NCBI RefSeq assembly: GCF_963921235.1
Contig: NC_086097.1
Coordinates: forward strand, 117,740,001 to 117,804,000
Reading direction: 5' to 3'
DNA: 64,000 nucleotides
DNA from: Mobula hypostoma
Taxonomy: Eukaryota
The notes below the pieces were generated by a model. It was not told the DNA's origin. It saw nothing but the letters and a program-made list of their open reading frames with translations, and did no database searches. Numbering within the stretch: position 1 is the first letter of the stretch; each line of letters starts with the position of its first letter. A program made the position numbers and the translations under genes. This document shows, piece by piece, positions 49,983 through 63,830 of the stretch.

Positions 49983-51614
49983 ATCTAAAAATAGAGATAA
50001 ACGACTCCAACCCCTCCAACTGAAAGATTTGCTCGAGAAACATAAACTCATCTGGTGATGCAAATGGAAATTTTGAAGATTAGTCAAACGCAAGCTAGCT
50101 GTAATTATTTATCACGTATTGCACAGATGCAGGATATTGAGAAACCAGTGAATGTTTTCTTCATAGTCTCCCTTAACATGCAGTTAATAGTCTCACATCT
50201 TGCAAAGAGCAAATTCTTGCTCCAGAGTGATATACAAGAGGTGAGTGCTTAAAGAGAAATTCAGTGTTCCCATTATTCACTGAGGAAAGTTGGATAAAAC
50301 TATAATCTTGTTATATCTTATTGCTGTAAAATATTGCTGTCTGAATCCTCAAAGGGATAAAATCAGTGTGTGAAGAAGTGCAACTGTCAGATGCAAAGAT
50401 GATTGTAAAAATGAAACAGGTTTTTCATATCTTTCTTCAATTCAATTTACTCGTCTTGGGAATAATGGAGTTTTGGACCATTTTTTTCTATTAACTATGG
50501 AAGGTGAGGAAATTGTTGAAGGTGGATTATAATAGTGAATTTTCCAAAAATGCACTTTTACTTTCAAGTTGTTTTGTTTGATATTTGAAACTTAAACACA
50601 TTCAAAAGGGAGCTGAATATTTATCTGAAAGAAGAGAACTTGAAGGGTTATGAGGAATAGGCGAGTGAGTAGGGGGATTCTTACAAAGAGCCAGTGCAGA
50701 CTCAATGGAATTGAATGCTGTAATCATTATGTAATTCTGTGATTCACATTTTAAATTAAGAATCTAGGTATTTCTAGTCTAGTAATGTGTTACTGTAAAT
50801 TTATCAGAATATTTCTTTCTTATTATGTTGTTTTAAATTACATTACTGGTTATGATTGAGTAACCAAATAAAATGTAAATGGGCCAATTTAGATTCTCTT
50901 TGGAATTTTTAGAATTGATTTTGTCAATATCAGTTTGTCCACCAATTGTCACTCATGCCTCTCACACAAGATTACTGGGAAGTTCTGAAGGATATCACTT
51001 GCGGAATGGAGTATAATGCATCTAATTGACAGACTGCAGATAAATTTTTTCTCTTTTCCTGGATCCAATGCAGCATGAAACCCTACAGATCAGTAGAACT
51101 GATAAATGTGACTTCCTCTATGAAACATTAAAATAATATATAGCCCAGACACAAGGGACCAATTTTCCTCCCCCGTCCCCTCTTCTTTCACTCCAACATG
51201 AGTGATGCACTGATGCTCAGCATAAAATTAGTTTGCGGTTGAGCCCACATATATTCCTGCATTCAGCCAGTTAGCATGTCCTGATCATCCCTTGAAGGAA
51301 TTTGGATGGAAAAAAAACATTAGGAAAGCATCTTGCGAGATGTAAGCGGAAAGCAGGCAGATGTAAATGGCTCTCTTTTTACAATGTGTCAGCCCTTATA
51401 TTAATTGAGAGCGCCACTCGTGTCCTGCTTTCTCCTGCTCCTTACTACAGGGTATATTATTAGAATCAAAGATGCTAATATTATGCCCTGTATCAGATCA
51501 TTGAACATCAATTTTTTTGTGGGGAAAAAAAACAGGAGTTACTGAATTGCATTTTCAAAAAAAAATGTTTTCCTAATTCTGAAATCCAGGGTAATAAATA
51601 ATATTAACACGTGT

Positions 51615-52080
51615 TCGAACTTCAACGTAAATTTATTATGAAAGTATGTATATTTCACCATATAGTGGGCTGATGTTCACGTTCTTGCTGGCATTCACAG
51701 TAGGACAATAAAAACAATGGAATCAATGCAAAACTGCATGCAAGCTAAGCCTGACTATCAACACTTCAGCAAAAGAAGACAGGCTGTGCAAATACAAAAT
51801 TAGATAAGTAATAATGAAAATAAATAACTGAGGATATGAGGTATAGAGTCCTTGAAGGTAAGTCTGTAGATTGTGTTCAGTGATCAGTTCAGTGTTGAGG
51901 TGAGTGAAGTTATCCATGATAGTTGAGGATCCTAATGGTTGAAGGGTAATAACCGTTCCTGAACCTAGTGGTGTGGGACCTAAGGCCCCTATACAACCTG
52001 CTCAGTGGTAGCAGTAAGAAAAGGTGGGGGTCCTTGACGATGGATGCTGCTTTCTTGCAACAGCACTCCTTGTAGATCTG
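51615..52080 (-). mobile_element. Rex1/Babar-like LINE 3' fragment
   Basis: KKAASIVKDPH..LPLSRLYRGLRSHTTRFRNGYYPSTIR; homologous to 12092-12590. Confidence 0.75.
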
Positions 52081-53663
52081 CTCTTCATCTTCATCTTTGT
52101 TTTCCATTCAGGATTGTTGTCACAATGGTTTCTGTCTGAGTTTTCAACTGAAATCATGATGTAACATTTTTGAGTTATCATGTTAACATGTACACCGGTT
52201 AAGCTTGAAAATAATTATTATTTTCTGCTCCATTGTGACGTGTATTGGTCTACTTTAAACCAAACGATCCCATGTCAGCTTCTCAAAACTACTAGTTACA
52301 GAAAGAGCTCAAAATTATTTATGAGGTTTTTCTTGGGAACAATTTCTCACAACTAAAATTGCTCTGTTCATAAAGTTAGTTAAGAAATATCATTTCAATG
52401 ATTATTTTCAGGTATTACATGTAAATTTAAAACCTGCAGTAATATCAGCTTTAGGTTTTAGATTTACAGGGGTTGATTCTAATTGCATTGCAGTTTGATA
52501 TCAAACAAGACATCTGTGTTTTTTTTTGTTGATTATCCCCTTGTATGGAATGGAATTACTGCATTTTTTTTCCCCTGATATTTCCTGGGCTGCCAATGTA
52601 AATCTTACCCACTCAACTTTTAATCTGATTTTTGGAATGGTGTGGTCCCAGGCTGTTCATAAATCTCATCGTAGATGTCACCATCTGTCCATGTATCAAG
52701 CACCGCTAAGGTGTTGTGAACACAAATATCACATCTTCACTTTGTTTTCATGTGTTGAAGAGACATTCCAGAGAAAGGTTTTGCTTCAGTGGGCCCAGTC
52801 CAAAGTTTTGTATGCATGAGGTGAATGGAAAAACAAGGTTTGTTTAATGCAGAAGGTTCTGTTGTTTCCTGATGCCAATGGATCCTAAGCTTATGTAGCT
52901 GTTTTGGCAGGCTCTGTGATGGGTAGATGAAGTTGGGCTGTGCCTCCGCATGCCATGGAAAATTCATGATTCGGGGAGGGATGAGGGGCAGGGAACTGGA
53001 ATTTCTTCCCATCACAAACAAAACGTGGCACAGAGGAAATAGAACCCTGATACTTTTGTGCAATATTCATATGTTTTTGTCCGTTAAGAATGAGGACTAC
53101 AGAAACCCACCAGATATCTCACACTATCAGTGTCAAGGTAGACATGGTGATAAAGTGAACTAAATGCTTTCATTATTATCTGAGAGTAACGAGTAAGATT
53201 TCCATTTGTGGGATTTTATTCATGAGCACAGTACCTTTATTCTAAAATCAATAATTGCAAATCTGCTGCAAGTTGGTAATAGAAGTTTCTGATGCAAATT
53301 CTGAAAATGCTATTTCATTAATGGTTGGAATGAAATCTTGGCAGGCTATTACATTTACAGTAATGCTTGATTCTCAAACAATGAATGACCCACTTCAAAC
53401 CAGTACAAAACCATCTCAATAGCTAGAAGAGATAGAATCAGAATCAGCAAAGCAATAGGGAAAAATAGGGCAAGCATCAAGTATCTAAAGAAACGAAACA
53501 ATAGTTAATCAACAGCCTGATAAAAAAGGACAAAAGTTCAAAAACTCAGTGCTCACACTGAGTTGTATAGTAATCGAGATCTCTGTGGGTGATTCCTTTG
53601 TAGTTCCATCCTGAAATAGATGGGTGACTAAAGGAAATCATTTGAATGTTACTTCAAAATAAA

Positions 53664-56483
53664 AGACCATAAGTTTTAGGCATAGAATTAGGCCATTCAG
53701 CATATCAAGTCTGCTCCACCATTCCATCATGGCTGATTGATTAACCCTCTCAACACCATTCTCCTACATTCTCCCTGTAATCTTTGACAGCCCTACCAAT
53801 CTAGAACATGTCAACCTCCACTTTAAATGTACCCAATGAATGGCCTCTACAGTGCCTGTGGCAATGAATTCCACAGATTCACCACCCTCAGGCTGAAGAA
53901 ATTCCTCCTCATCTCTGTTCTAATGGGGTGTCCTTGTATTCTGAGATGTGCCCTCTGGTCCTATACTCTCCCATTATAGGAAACATTCTCGCTACCTCCT
54001 CTCTATCTAGGCCATTCAATATTTGATAGGGGATCACATTGAAACCTATCTTTCTGCTAAACTCCAGCAAGGACAGGCCTAGAGCCATCAAATGCTCCTC
54101 ATACAATACCCTTTTCATTTCAGGAATCATTCTCATGAACCTCCTCTGGACTCCCTCCAATGCCAGCACATCTTTTCTTAGATAAAGGGCCCAAATCTGA
54201 TCACAATACTCCAAGTATGGTGTGACCAATGCCTTATAAAGCCAGAGCATTACATTCTTGATTTTATAAAGGTAAACTAGCCAAGAATATAAAGGAGGAT
54301 AGTAAAAGCTTCTTTAGGTATGTGAAAAGGAAAAAAAAATAGTTAAGACCAAAACTGGGCCCTTGAAGACAGAAACAGTTGAATTTATTATGGGGAACAA
54401 GGAAATGGCAGACGAGTTGAACAGGTACTTTGGATCTGTCTTCACTAGGGAAGACACAAACAATCTCCCAGATATAATAGTGGCCAAAGGACCTAGGGTA
54501 ATGGATGAACTGAAGGAAATTTATATTCCGCAGGAAATGGTGTTGGATAGACTGTTGGGTCTGAAGGCTGGTAAGTCCCTGGGACCTGTTGGTCTGCCTC
54601 CCAGGGTACTTAAGGAGGTGGCTTTAGAAATCATGGACACATTAGTAATCATTTTCAAAAGTTCTATAGATTCAGGATCAGTTCCTGTGGACTGGAGGGT
54701 GGCTAATGTTGTCCCTCTCTTCAAGAAGGGAGGAAGAGAGAAAACAGGGAATTATAGACCGGTTAGCCTGATGTCGGTGGTGGGAAAGATGCTGGAATCA
54801 ATTATAAAAGATGAAATTACAACACATCTGGATAGCAGTAACGGGATCGGTCCGAGTCAGCATGGATTTATGAAGGGGAAATCATGCTTGACTAATCTTC
54901 TGGAACTTTTTGAGGATGTAACTATGAAAATGGACAAGGGAGAGCCAGTGGATGTGGTGTATCTGGACTTTCAGAAAGCCTTTGATAAAGTCCCACATAG
55001 GAGATTAGTGGGCAAAATTAGGGCACATGGTGTTGGGGCAGAGTACTGACATGGATTGAAAATTGGCTGGCTGACAGAAAACAAAGAGTAGCAATTAACG
55101 GGTCCCTTTCGGAATGGCAGGCGGTCACCAGTGGGGTACTGCGGGGTTCAGTGCTGGGACTGAAGCTGTTTACAATATATATTAATGATTTAGCTGAGGG
55201 AATTAAAAGTAACATTAGCACATTTGCCAATGACACAAAGCTGGGTGGCAGTGTGAAATGTGAGGAGGATGTTTTGAGAATGCAGGGTGACTTGGACAGG
55301 TTGGGTGAGTGGGCAGATGCATGGCAGATGCAGTTTAATGTGGATAAATGTGAGGTTATCCACTTTGATGGTAAGAACAGGAAGGCAGATTATTATTTAA
55401 ATGGAGTCAAGTTCGGAAAAGGGGAGGTACAACGAGATCTAGGTGTTCTTGTACATCAGTCACTGAAAGCAAACATACAAGTACAGCAGGCAGTGAAGAA
55501 AGCTAATGGCATGCTGGCCTTCATAACAAGGAGAATTGAGTATAAAAGCAAAGAGGTCCTTCTTCAGCTGTACAGGGCCCTGGTGAGACCACACCTGGAG
55601 TACTGTGTGCAGTTTTAATCTCCAAATTTGAGGAAGGACATTCTTGCTATTGAGGGAGTGCAGCGTTGGTTCACAAGGTTAATTACCGGGATGGGGGGAC
55701 TGTCATATGTCGAAAGATTGGAGCGACTGGGCTTGTATACTCTGGAATTTAGAAGGCTGAGAGGGGATCTTATTGAAGCATATAAGATTATTAAGGGTTT
55801 GGACATGCTGGAGGCAGGAAGCATGTTCCCGCTGATGGTTGAGTCCAGAACCAGAGACCACAGTTTAAGTATAAGGGGTAGGCCATTTAGAACGGAGTTG
55901 AGGAAAAACTTTTTCACCCAGAGAGTGGTGGATGTATGGAATGCTCTGCCCCAGAAGGCAGTGGAGGCCAAGTCTCTGGATGCTTTCAAGAAAGAGATGG
56001 ATAGAGCTCTCAAAGATAGCGGAATCAAAGGTTATGGGAATAAGGCAGGAACTGGATACTGATTGTGGATGATCAGCCATGATCACAGGGAATAGTGTTG
56101 CTGGCTCGAAGGGCTGAATGGCCTACTCCTGCACCTATTGTCTATTGTCTATATTCTAGATCTCTAGAAATAAATATTAACATTGCATTTGAATGCTGAT
56201 AGTGCATTCGCTTTTCTTGCCACTGACCCAACTTGCAAGTTAACATTTGGGGAATCCTGCACAAGGACTCCCAAGTCACTTTGCACCTCTGACTTCTTAA
56301 CTTTCTCCCCATTTAGAAAATAATTACACCTTGATTCTTTCTTCCAAAGTTCATGACCATACTCTTTACTGCACTATATTCTATCTGCCACTTCTTTGAC
56401 CATTCTCGTAATCTGAAAGTCCTTCTGGAGGCTCCCTGCTTCTGCAACACTACCTGCCCCATCCAACTACCTTTGTATCATCT
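53664..56483 (-). mobile_element. Older CR1 3' fragment split by a younger CR1 (host parts ~53664-54267 and ~56150-56483)
   Basis: ORF 53909-54250; host sequence ttacattcttgattttata | tattctagatctctagaaa rejoins across the insert. Confidence 0.87.
54265..56152 (+). mobile_element. Young 5'-truncated CR1 LINE with a nearly intact RT
   Basis: ORFs 54363-55049, 55151-55618 and 55628-56062 (YLDFQKAFDKVPH, FANDTK, LVRPHLEYCVQF); tail (TATTGTC)n. Confidence 0.96.
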
Positions 56484-56942
56484 GCTGCAATAACTATACA
56501 CAAGAAAGGACAGAAGTGTATTAAACATTTTTATTGCCTTGCAACCACAATAAGAGATTAGCCTGGATGCGTAGATAGTGAAAGAAGTGAGTGTGAAAGG
56601 ATGCAAAGTGGGCTGATGACTGACACAAGAGTCCGTACATACTGTAACCTGATGAACTGTGAGAGAAACTCAATGAATCAGGCAGCAGGTGTGGAGGTAA
56701 GGGACAGACAATAGTTTAATCAGAGATCCTGAATCCACACATGGTCCCTTTGACTTCCTCCTGCAATTTATTTTTAAAAGTAACTGCCAATGGTTGACAG
56801 AACTATGACAGCAGTCACCTGCACAAAAAATGCCTTTGAAGTGCTGACGTCAATTAATTTGGAGGTCAGTGATAAGCCACTGGAGCCCACTGTTTACTTC
56901 AAATCAAGGTCATCGGAAGATTCCAAAGAAAACAATGCAGCT

Positions 56943-59568
56943 TAGAATCAAACATGGAAAATCTACAGCATCATACAAGCCCTTTGGCCTTTGGGTTACC
57001 CACAGCCCTCTATTTTTCTGAGCTCCATTTACCTATCCTAGAGTCACTTAAAATACACTATTGTACCCACCTCCACCTCTATCATCGGAAGTCCATTCCA
57101 CATACTCACCACTCTGCGTAAAAAACTTACCCCTGACTTCTCCTCTGTGCCTGCTTCCAAGCACCATAAAACTGTGCCCCCTCATGTTAGCCAATTCAGC
57201 CCTGGGAAAAAACCTCTGGCAGTTGTCACATACCCTGTGACGGGTTAATGAACCAGTAGAAATGAAAAACACTTTGGAGTCTGGTATTGCTATTAACTAA
57301 TGATATTTATTAGTAACTATGCAATACAGTAAAATAAATGCAGATAAATCAAACAGGTTAGCAATGATTATATATAAGTAAGTGTGGAATATATATGAAA
57401 ACCAAGCTTCTTCAAGTCTAGGGGTAAATAGAAAGTCTTACGATAATGAGTAAAGTTCAGTTCAGTTCGTGGTATTGGGTTGAGTAGTGATGGAGAGATT
57501 GGGAGAGATTTGAGTCTTCAGATGAGCTGACGCCGTCGATCTTCCCGTTGTCCTCCGAAATCCTTTAAAAGTCACCGATGGTGACTTCAACAAAGGGGAC
57601 CTTTCTTCTGTGGTGGAATCATCAACTCGGGCAAGGGTTGCATATATATGGACAACTCATCACCCTTTCTCACTGCAAGAGACACTGATTGATCCTCCAA
57701 AAACCCACTTTTTCTGTGGGCACTACAAAGCTCATTCAGTGTCCAAACACATGTGTTTCAGGTCTATCATCTGACCTCCTATTTATCTCACCGTACTGAG
57801 TGCCAACTGTTGTCAAATAACTCCTCCCTTCTCTGTCTGTGTAAGAATGCACTAGCAGGCCATGTCCTTGGGAAGTATAAGCACGCTCCAGAGAAACCAT
57901 AACATCAATTATCCGTCAAATAACGCTGCCCTCGGTCAACATAGCGACTTATGAGCTGCTTGGTGCCCTCTCTCTCCGAAATCAGCAGAAATCTAAAAGT
58001 TAGTCTCAGTTCTTCCTCATGCCTTAAAGTGACAGTCCACAGGAAATATAAACCTTAGGGGTTCATAACATCATTTCAAAGCAGTCTTCGTCTCTCTCTC
58101 TCTCTTTCTTTCTCTCTCTCTTAAAAACAATATGTTGGTGTTAAATAACTCTCTCTCTCTCTTTTTAAAAGCACTGTTCATAGGGGTAATTTAGGACCCC
58201 GTCACACAGTGCACACAATCAATGTCTCTCATCATCTTATACACCTCTATCAGGTCACCTCTCATCCTTCGTCACTCCAAGGAGAAAAGGCCAAGTTCAC
58301 TCAACCCATTTTCATACGGCATGCTTCCCAATCCAGGCAACATCCTTTTAAATCTCCTCTGCACCCTTTCTATAGTTTCCACATCCTTCCTCTAGTGAGG
58401 TGACCAAAACTCAGCACAGTGCTCCATTTTGTCTGACCAAGGTCCTATATAGCTGCAACATTACCTCTCGGCTCTTGAACTCAGTCCCGAGGTTGATAAA
58501 GGACAATCCACCATATGCCTTCCGAACCACACAGTCAACCTGTGTGGCAGCTTTGAGTGTCCGATGGACCCGGACTCCAAGATCCCTCTGATCCTCCACA
58601 TTGCCAAGTCTTACCATTAATACTATATTTTGTTATCATATATGAGCTACCAAAATGAACCACCTCACACTTATCTGGGTTGACCTCCATCTGCCACTTC
58701 TCAGCCCAGTTTTGCATCCTATCGATGTCCACTGTAAACTCTGACAGCCCCTCCACACTATCTACAACACCCCTAACCTTTGTGTCATCAGCAAATTTAC
58801 TAACCCATCTCTCCACTTCCTCATCCAGGTCATTTATAAAAATCACGAAGAGAAGTGGTCTTAGAAGAGGTCGCTGAGGCACACCACTGGTCACAGAATT
58901 CCATGCAGAATATGACCTATCTACAACCACTCTTTGCCTTCTGTAGGCAAACCAATCCTGGATCCACAAAGCAATGTCCCCTTGGATCCCATGCCTCCGT
59001 ACTTTCTCAATAAACCTTGCATGAGGTACCTTATTAAATGCCTTCCTGAAATCCACATACAGTACATCTCCTCTTCTACCTTCATCAATGTGTTTAGTCA
59101 CATCCTCAAAAAATTTAATCAGGCTCGTAAGTTATGACCTGCCTTTGACAAAGCCATGCTGATTATTCCAAATCATATTATGCCTCTCCAAATGTTCATA
59201 AATCCTGCCTCTCAGTATCTTCTCCATCAACTTACCAGTTACTGAAGTAAGACTCACTGGTCTATAATTTCCATGGCTATCTCTGTTCCCTTTCTTCAAT
59301 AAGGGAACAGCATCTGCAACCCTCCAATTCTCTGGAACCTCTCCTGTCCCCATTGATGATACAAAGATCATTGCCAAAGGCTCAGCAATCTCCTCCCTAG
59401 CCTCCTACAGTAGCCTGGGGTACATCTCATCTGGTCCCATGACTTATCCAACTTGATGCTTTCCAAAAGCTCCAGCACATCCACTTGCTTAATGGCTATA
59501 TGCTCAAGCTTTTCGGTCTGCTGTAAGTCATCCCTACAATCGCCAAGGTCCTTTTCCATAGTGAATAC
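56943..59568 (-). mobile_element. CR1 LINE 3' half interrupted by a solo LTR
   Basis: ORFs 59132-59377, 58535-59101 (FADDTK) and 58411-58617; 3' UTR ~56943-57100. Confidence 0.92.
57224..58206 (-). mobile_element. Solo LTR (983 bp) nested in the CR1
   Basis: TGTCACA...CGTCACA termini; exact 4-bp TSD CAGT (57220-57223 / 58207-58210); CR1 rejoins across it; start resembles the solo LTR at 4258. Confidence 0.88.
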
Positions 59569-59758
59569 TTTGAACTCAAACTTGAGCTCAATTCTTTCAG
59601 ACTGGATCAGTAGGTCAGGTAAATTATATAAGCAAATAGGAATCTTATGCAGATGTTATATAGAATAGAGAATAGAATCTGAGTTCATAGAGTGATTGAT
59701 ACAGTACCCAAACAGGTTGTTTGGGTCACCAAGTCCATTCTGAATACTAAACAGACTA

Positions 59759-60327
59759 CTCTCAGTGGCCACTTGATTAGGTACCTCACTTAAGTAATAA
59801 AGAGGCCACTGGGTGTATGTTCATGGTCTTCTGCTGCTGCAACTCATCCACTTCAAGGTTAGATGTGTTGTACTTTCAGAGATGTTCTTCTACGCACCAC
59901 TGTTGTAACGTGGGGTTATTTGAGTTACTGTCGTCTTCCTGTCAGCTTGAACCAGTCTAGCCATTCTCCCCTGACCTCTCTCATTAACAAGGCATTTTTG
60001 CCCACATAACTGCCACTCAATGAATATTTTTTTTGTCCTTCACACCATTCTCTACAAACTCTAGAGACTGTTGTGCATGAAAATCCTAGGAAATCAGTAG
60101 TTCCCGAGATACTCAAACCACCACATGATTGGCACCAACAGTCATTCCACAAAGTCACATAGATCACATTTCTTCCCCATTCTGACATTTGGTCTGAACA
60201 ACAACTGAATCTCCTGACCACGTCTGCATGCCTTTATGCACTGAGTTGCTGCTGCATGATTGGCTGATTAGATATTTGTATTAACAAGCAGGTCTTCAGG
60301 TGTACCCAATAAAGTAGCCACTGCATG
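59759..60327 (-). mobile_element. Complete non-autonomous Tc1-derived element (~570 bp)
   Basis: TA flanks; TIRs ctcagtggccacttgattaggtac / gtacccaataaagtagccactg; HTH remnant GGLSISGTTDFLGFSCTTVSRVCREWCE. Confidence 0.85.
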
Positions 60328-61129
60328 TATAGTACTTTCCTGGATCTAAACTTAACACCCAGGTGCTCAGGTCAATGGAAATATAAGGGAGGCTCTCCTA
60401 TATTGATCTGGTGCAGAAATTTTGCTTCACTTTGAAATAGAATCAGTTCCTTGCTTTAAGAATGTTGGCAATGCTAACATGGATCCTTGGAAGTTCTCTT
60501 GGAGCCATAAGAAACATTCTTTCTCCTGCTGGCTCCATATTAAAAATTTACTTGTCAAGTAACGTTCATGCCAAACTATCTTCGGTGGGACAGAACGACA
60601 AGCCTTTCAAAGCAGCTCAGTTTCTTGAAGGTCGACTTGTTAACTTGTGCTAGTTTAAAACTTGCCCAGATATCTGATCAATAGTGCAACTAGGTTAAAT
60701 GTTCTTTGAGATTCTTTTGGTCACAGAATAGTTATGCAAGGGCACAGGGATTAAATTTCTCAGCTGCAGTCCTATTGCTGACTATTTTTTTTTCTCTCAA
60801 TAAGTGACAGCACTTCCTTGATTTCTCTCTACTTTTATAAGACAGAATACGATTTGTAGAGAATGAAAGAAGGTAAACCATTCTTCATTCTTGCAGCAGA
60901 TGAACTGACAGAAGCTGTCACTCTGTCCACCAATACGTCAGTATAAAGTGTTGATATGAGAATATATTGAATAAATGAAAAAAAAATACAAAGCAACATT
61001 TCAGACTAGAGGGGTTGCCTGAAGACTTTAAACTTCTGAAAATCTGAGTGAGTTACATGAATCGTAGTAAGACTGAATTGTAAAATTAAAATGTATGTTT
61101 CCCCGAAGTGAGATATGTTGATGACTGAG

Positions 61130-62700
61130 CTATGATTGATTCACTGAGTTGTAGCACAGAAAAGGGCCCATTGTCCTACCAAATCCCTGCCAACCATTTT
61201 GCCCACACTGGGGCCACACCTTTCACGCCATGCATACAAGTACCAGTCCATATATCTCTTAAACATACTGATCGTATTTATTTATTGAGCCACAGCATGG
61301 AACCGGCACTTCGAGCCATGCTGCCCAGTAATCCCCCATTTAACACTAGCCTAATCGGGGGACAATTTACAATGACCAATTAACCTACTAACCAGTACGT
61401 CTTTGGATTCTGGGAGGAAACCCATGCAGTAATGGGGAGAATGTAGAGACTCCTTACAGGCAGCAGCAGGAAATGAACCCAGATCACCTCTACATGTAAA
61501 GCACTGTACTAGCCACTACACGACTGTGTCGCCCTATCTGACTCCACCATCTCCTCCGGCAGTATAATGCCAGACATCAACCACTTTTAATGTAAAAGCT
61601 TACTCTTCTGATCTCCTTAAACATTCCTCAAACTTCGCTTAACTTAAAACTCTGCCTTTATGATTTCAATGGAAAAAGACCTTCTCCCCTCTCTAAGCTT
61701 CTTGTGAGTTTATGCACCACCATCAGATCTCCCACAGTTTCCTTCACTATTGGGAAAGCAAGCTTACGGTATTCAATCTCTCCCATCACTCAAGTCTCCA
61801 GTCCAGGCAACATCCTAGTGGATATCCCCTGCTCACTCTTCAGTGCACACATCCTACCTATAGTGAGCATATAATACTCCAAGTGTAGTCTAATCAGTGT
61901 CTTGGAAAGTTAAAGTATTCTGTCCCAGCCATGATATTCTATACCCAGACCTATGAAGGCAATCATGACTTCTTCACCACTCTATGGCCACTTTCAAGGA
62001 TGTGTGGACTTGAACTCTATCCTTCAGCTCATCAACATTCATTGTAATCCTGCCAGTTCCTCTCTATTTCCTGCCCCGATTTCACTTATTAGTACACGTC
62101 ACCTCACACTTGTTGGGAGTAAATCCCTTCTCTCGATATTCTACCCAGGTCTCCACCTGATCTATAACCTGCTGTAGCCATAGACAACCTTCCTCACTCT
62201 CCACAACACCACCAACTTCTTCAACGTCCACATACATGCTAACTATGCTTCCTATGTTCACATCTAAATCATTGCTATATATCAAAAACAACAAGGATTC
62301 CAGCACCAGTCCCTGTGATACATCACTGGTCACAAACTTCCAATGAGGAAATCTACTTTCCACCATTACCCTTTGTGTCACCAAGCCAATTTTGGATCCA
62401 ATTAGCCAGCTCACCTCGGATTCCATGTACCTCAACTTTCAGGACCAGCCTACCATATGAGACCTTGTCAAGTGCTTCACCAAAATCCATATCGACAATG
62501 TTTACCACCCTACCTTTATCAGTCTTAGTTAACTCCTCAAAAAACTCTATCAAATCACTAAGACAAGATTTCCCTCTCAGAAAGCCACGTTGGTCTACTC
62601 TAGGCAGCCTATGCTTTCCAAATGTACATAAATCGCAATCTTGAGGAAGTTTTCCGATAATTTCCCTACCACTGACATAAAGTTCACCAGCTTGTAGTTA
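61130..62700 (-). mobile_element. Old CR1 3' part containing a SINE
   Basis: IEFFEELTK..MDFGEALDKV, VTSDVSQGLVL; decayed. Confidence 0.8.
61279..61535 (-). mobile_element. V-SINE/HE1-like SINE
   Basis: Reverse complement of the SINE core (gggaggaaacccatgcagtaatggggaga..ctccttacag); tttatt tail. Confidence 0.72.
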
Positions 62701-63830
62701 TAGAGTCACAGAGTCATAGAACAGTACAGCAAAGAAATAAGCCCTTTGGACCACCTAATACGTGCCAAACTATTAATCTGCCTAGTCCCATCGATCTGCA
62801 CCTAGACTATAGCCCTCTATACATCTCTCACCTGTGTGCCTATCCAAATTTCTCTGAAGTATCAATCCCACATCCACCACTTCCACAGGCAGCTTGTTCC
62901 ACACTCTCACCATCCTCTGAGCGAAGAAATTCCCTTTTATGTTTCCCTTAAACATTTCACCTTTCACCTATGATCTCTAGTTCTTGTCTCACCCAACTTC
63001 AGTGAGAAAACCCTGCTTATGTCCACCTTGTCTATACCCCATCACAATTTTGTATCCCTCTATCAAATCTCCCCTTATTGTCCTACACTTCAGGCAATAA
63101 TGTCTAAGGCACTACCATGGCTCTAGGGCGCTATGCTAGCTTAGCAGTAAGCGTGACACTATTATAGCTCGGGGTGTCAGAGTTCAGAGTTCAATTCCCA
63201 TACCACCTATAAGGAGTTTGTTCACTCTCCCCGCGACCACGTGGTTTTCATTGGGGTGCTGTGGTTTCCTCCCATCGTCCAAAAGCATACTGGTTAGTAG
63301 GTTAATTGATCATTGAAAATTGTCCTGTGCTTTGGCTAGGCTTAAATAGGTGGGTTGCTTGGACAGCATGGCTTGTTGAGTCAGAAAGGCCTGTTCCGCA
63401 CTCTGTCTCTAAAAATGTAAAATAAATAAGACCTAACCGATTCACCATTATGTATAACTCAGGTCCTCAAGTCCCGGCAACATCTTTGTAAATTTTCTCT
63501 GCACTCTTTCAAACATGTAGGTAGGTGACCAGAACTGCAGTCAATGCTCCAAAGTAGGCCTCACCAAGGTCTTAAACAGCTTCAAAATAACTCCCAATTC
63601 CTGTATGGTCAGCACTTTGGTTTATAAAGGCCAATGTGTCAAAAGCTCTCTTTAAGATCCGATCCACCTGTGACATTACTTTCAAGGATTATGGATCTGT
63701 ATTCCCAGATGTCTCTGTTCTACCACAGTCATCAATGCCCTACCACTCACCATGTAAATCCTACCCTGGTTTGTCCTCCATTACATTAAATTCCACTTGC
63801 CATTTTTCAGCCTATTTTCCAGCTGATCCA
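62701..63830 (-). mobile_element. CR1 3' fragment containing a SINE
   Basis: Tail tagagtcacagagtcatagaac; KGEMFKGNIKGNFFAQRMVRVWNKLP. Confidence 0.85.
63126..63428 (+). mobile_element. V-SINE/HE1-like SINE
   Basis: tRNA-like head (gttcaattccc B box), core taaggagtttg..ggtttcctccca..tccaaa, CR1-like 3' end ggcctgttccgcactctgtctct and A-rich tail. Confidence 0.8.

Noticed and set aside
57236..58206. Alternative LTR boundary from a perfect 9-bp IR (TGTGACGGG/CCCGTCACA)
   Set aside because: No TSD at that boundary; the CAGT TSD and CR1 continuity support 57224.
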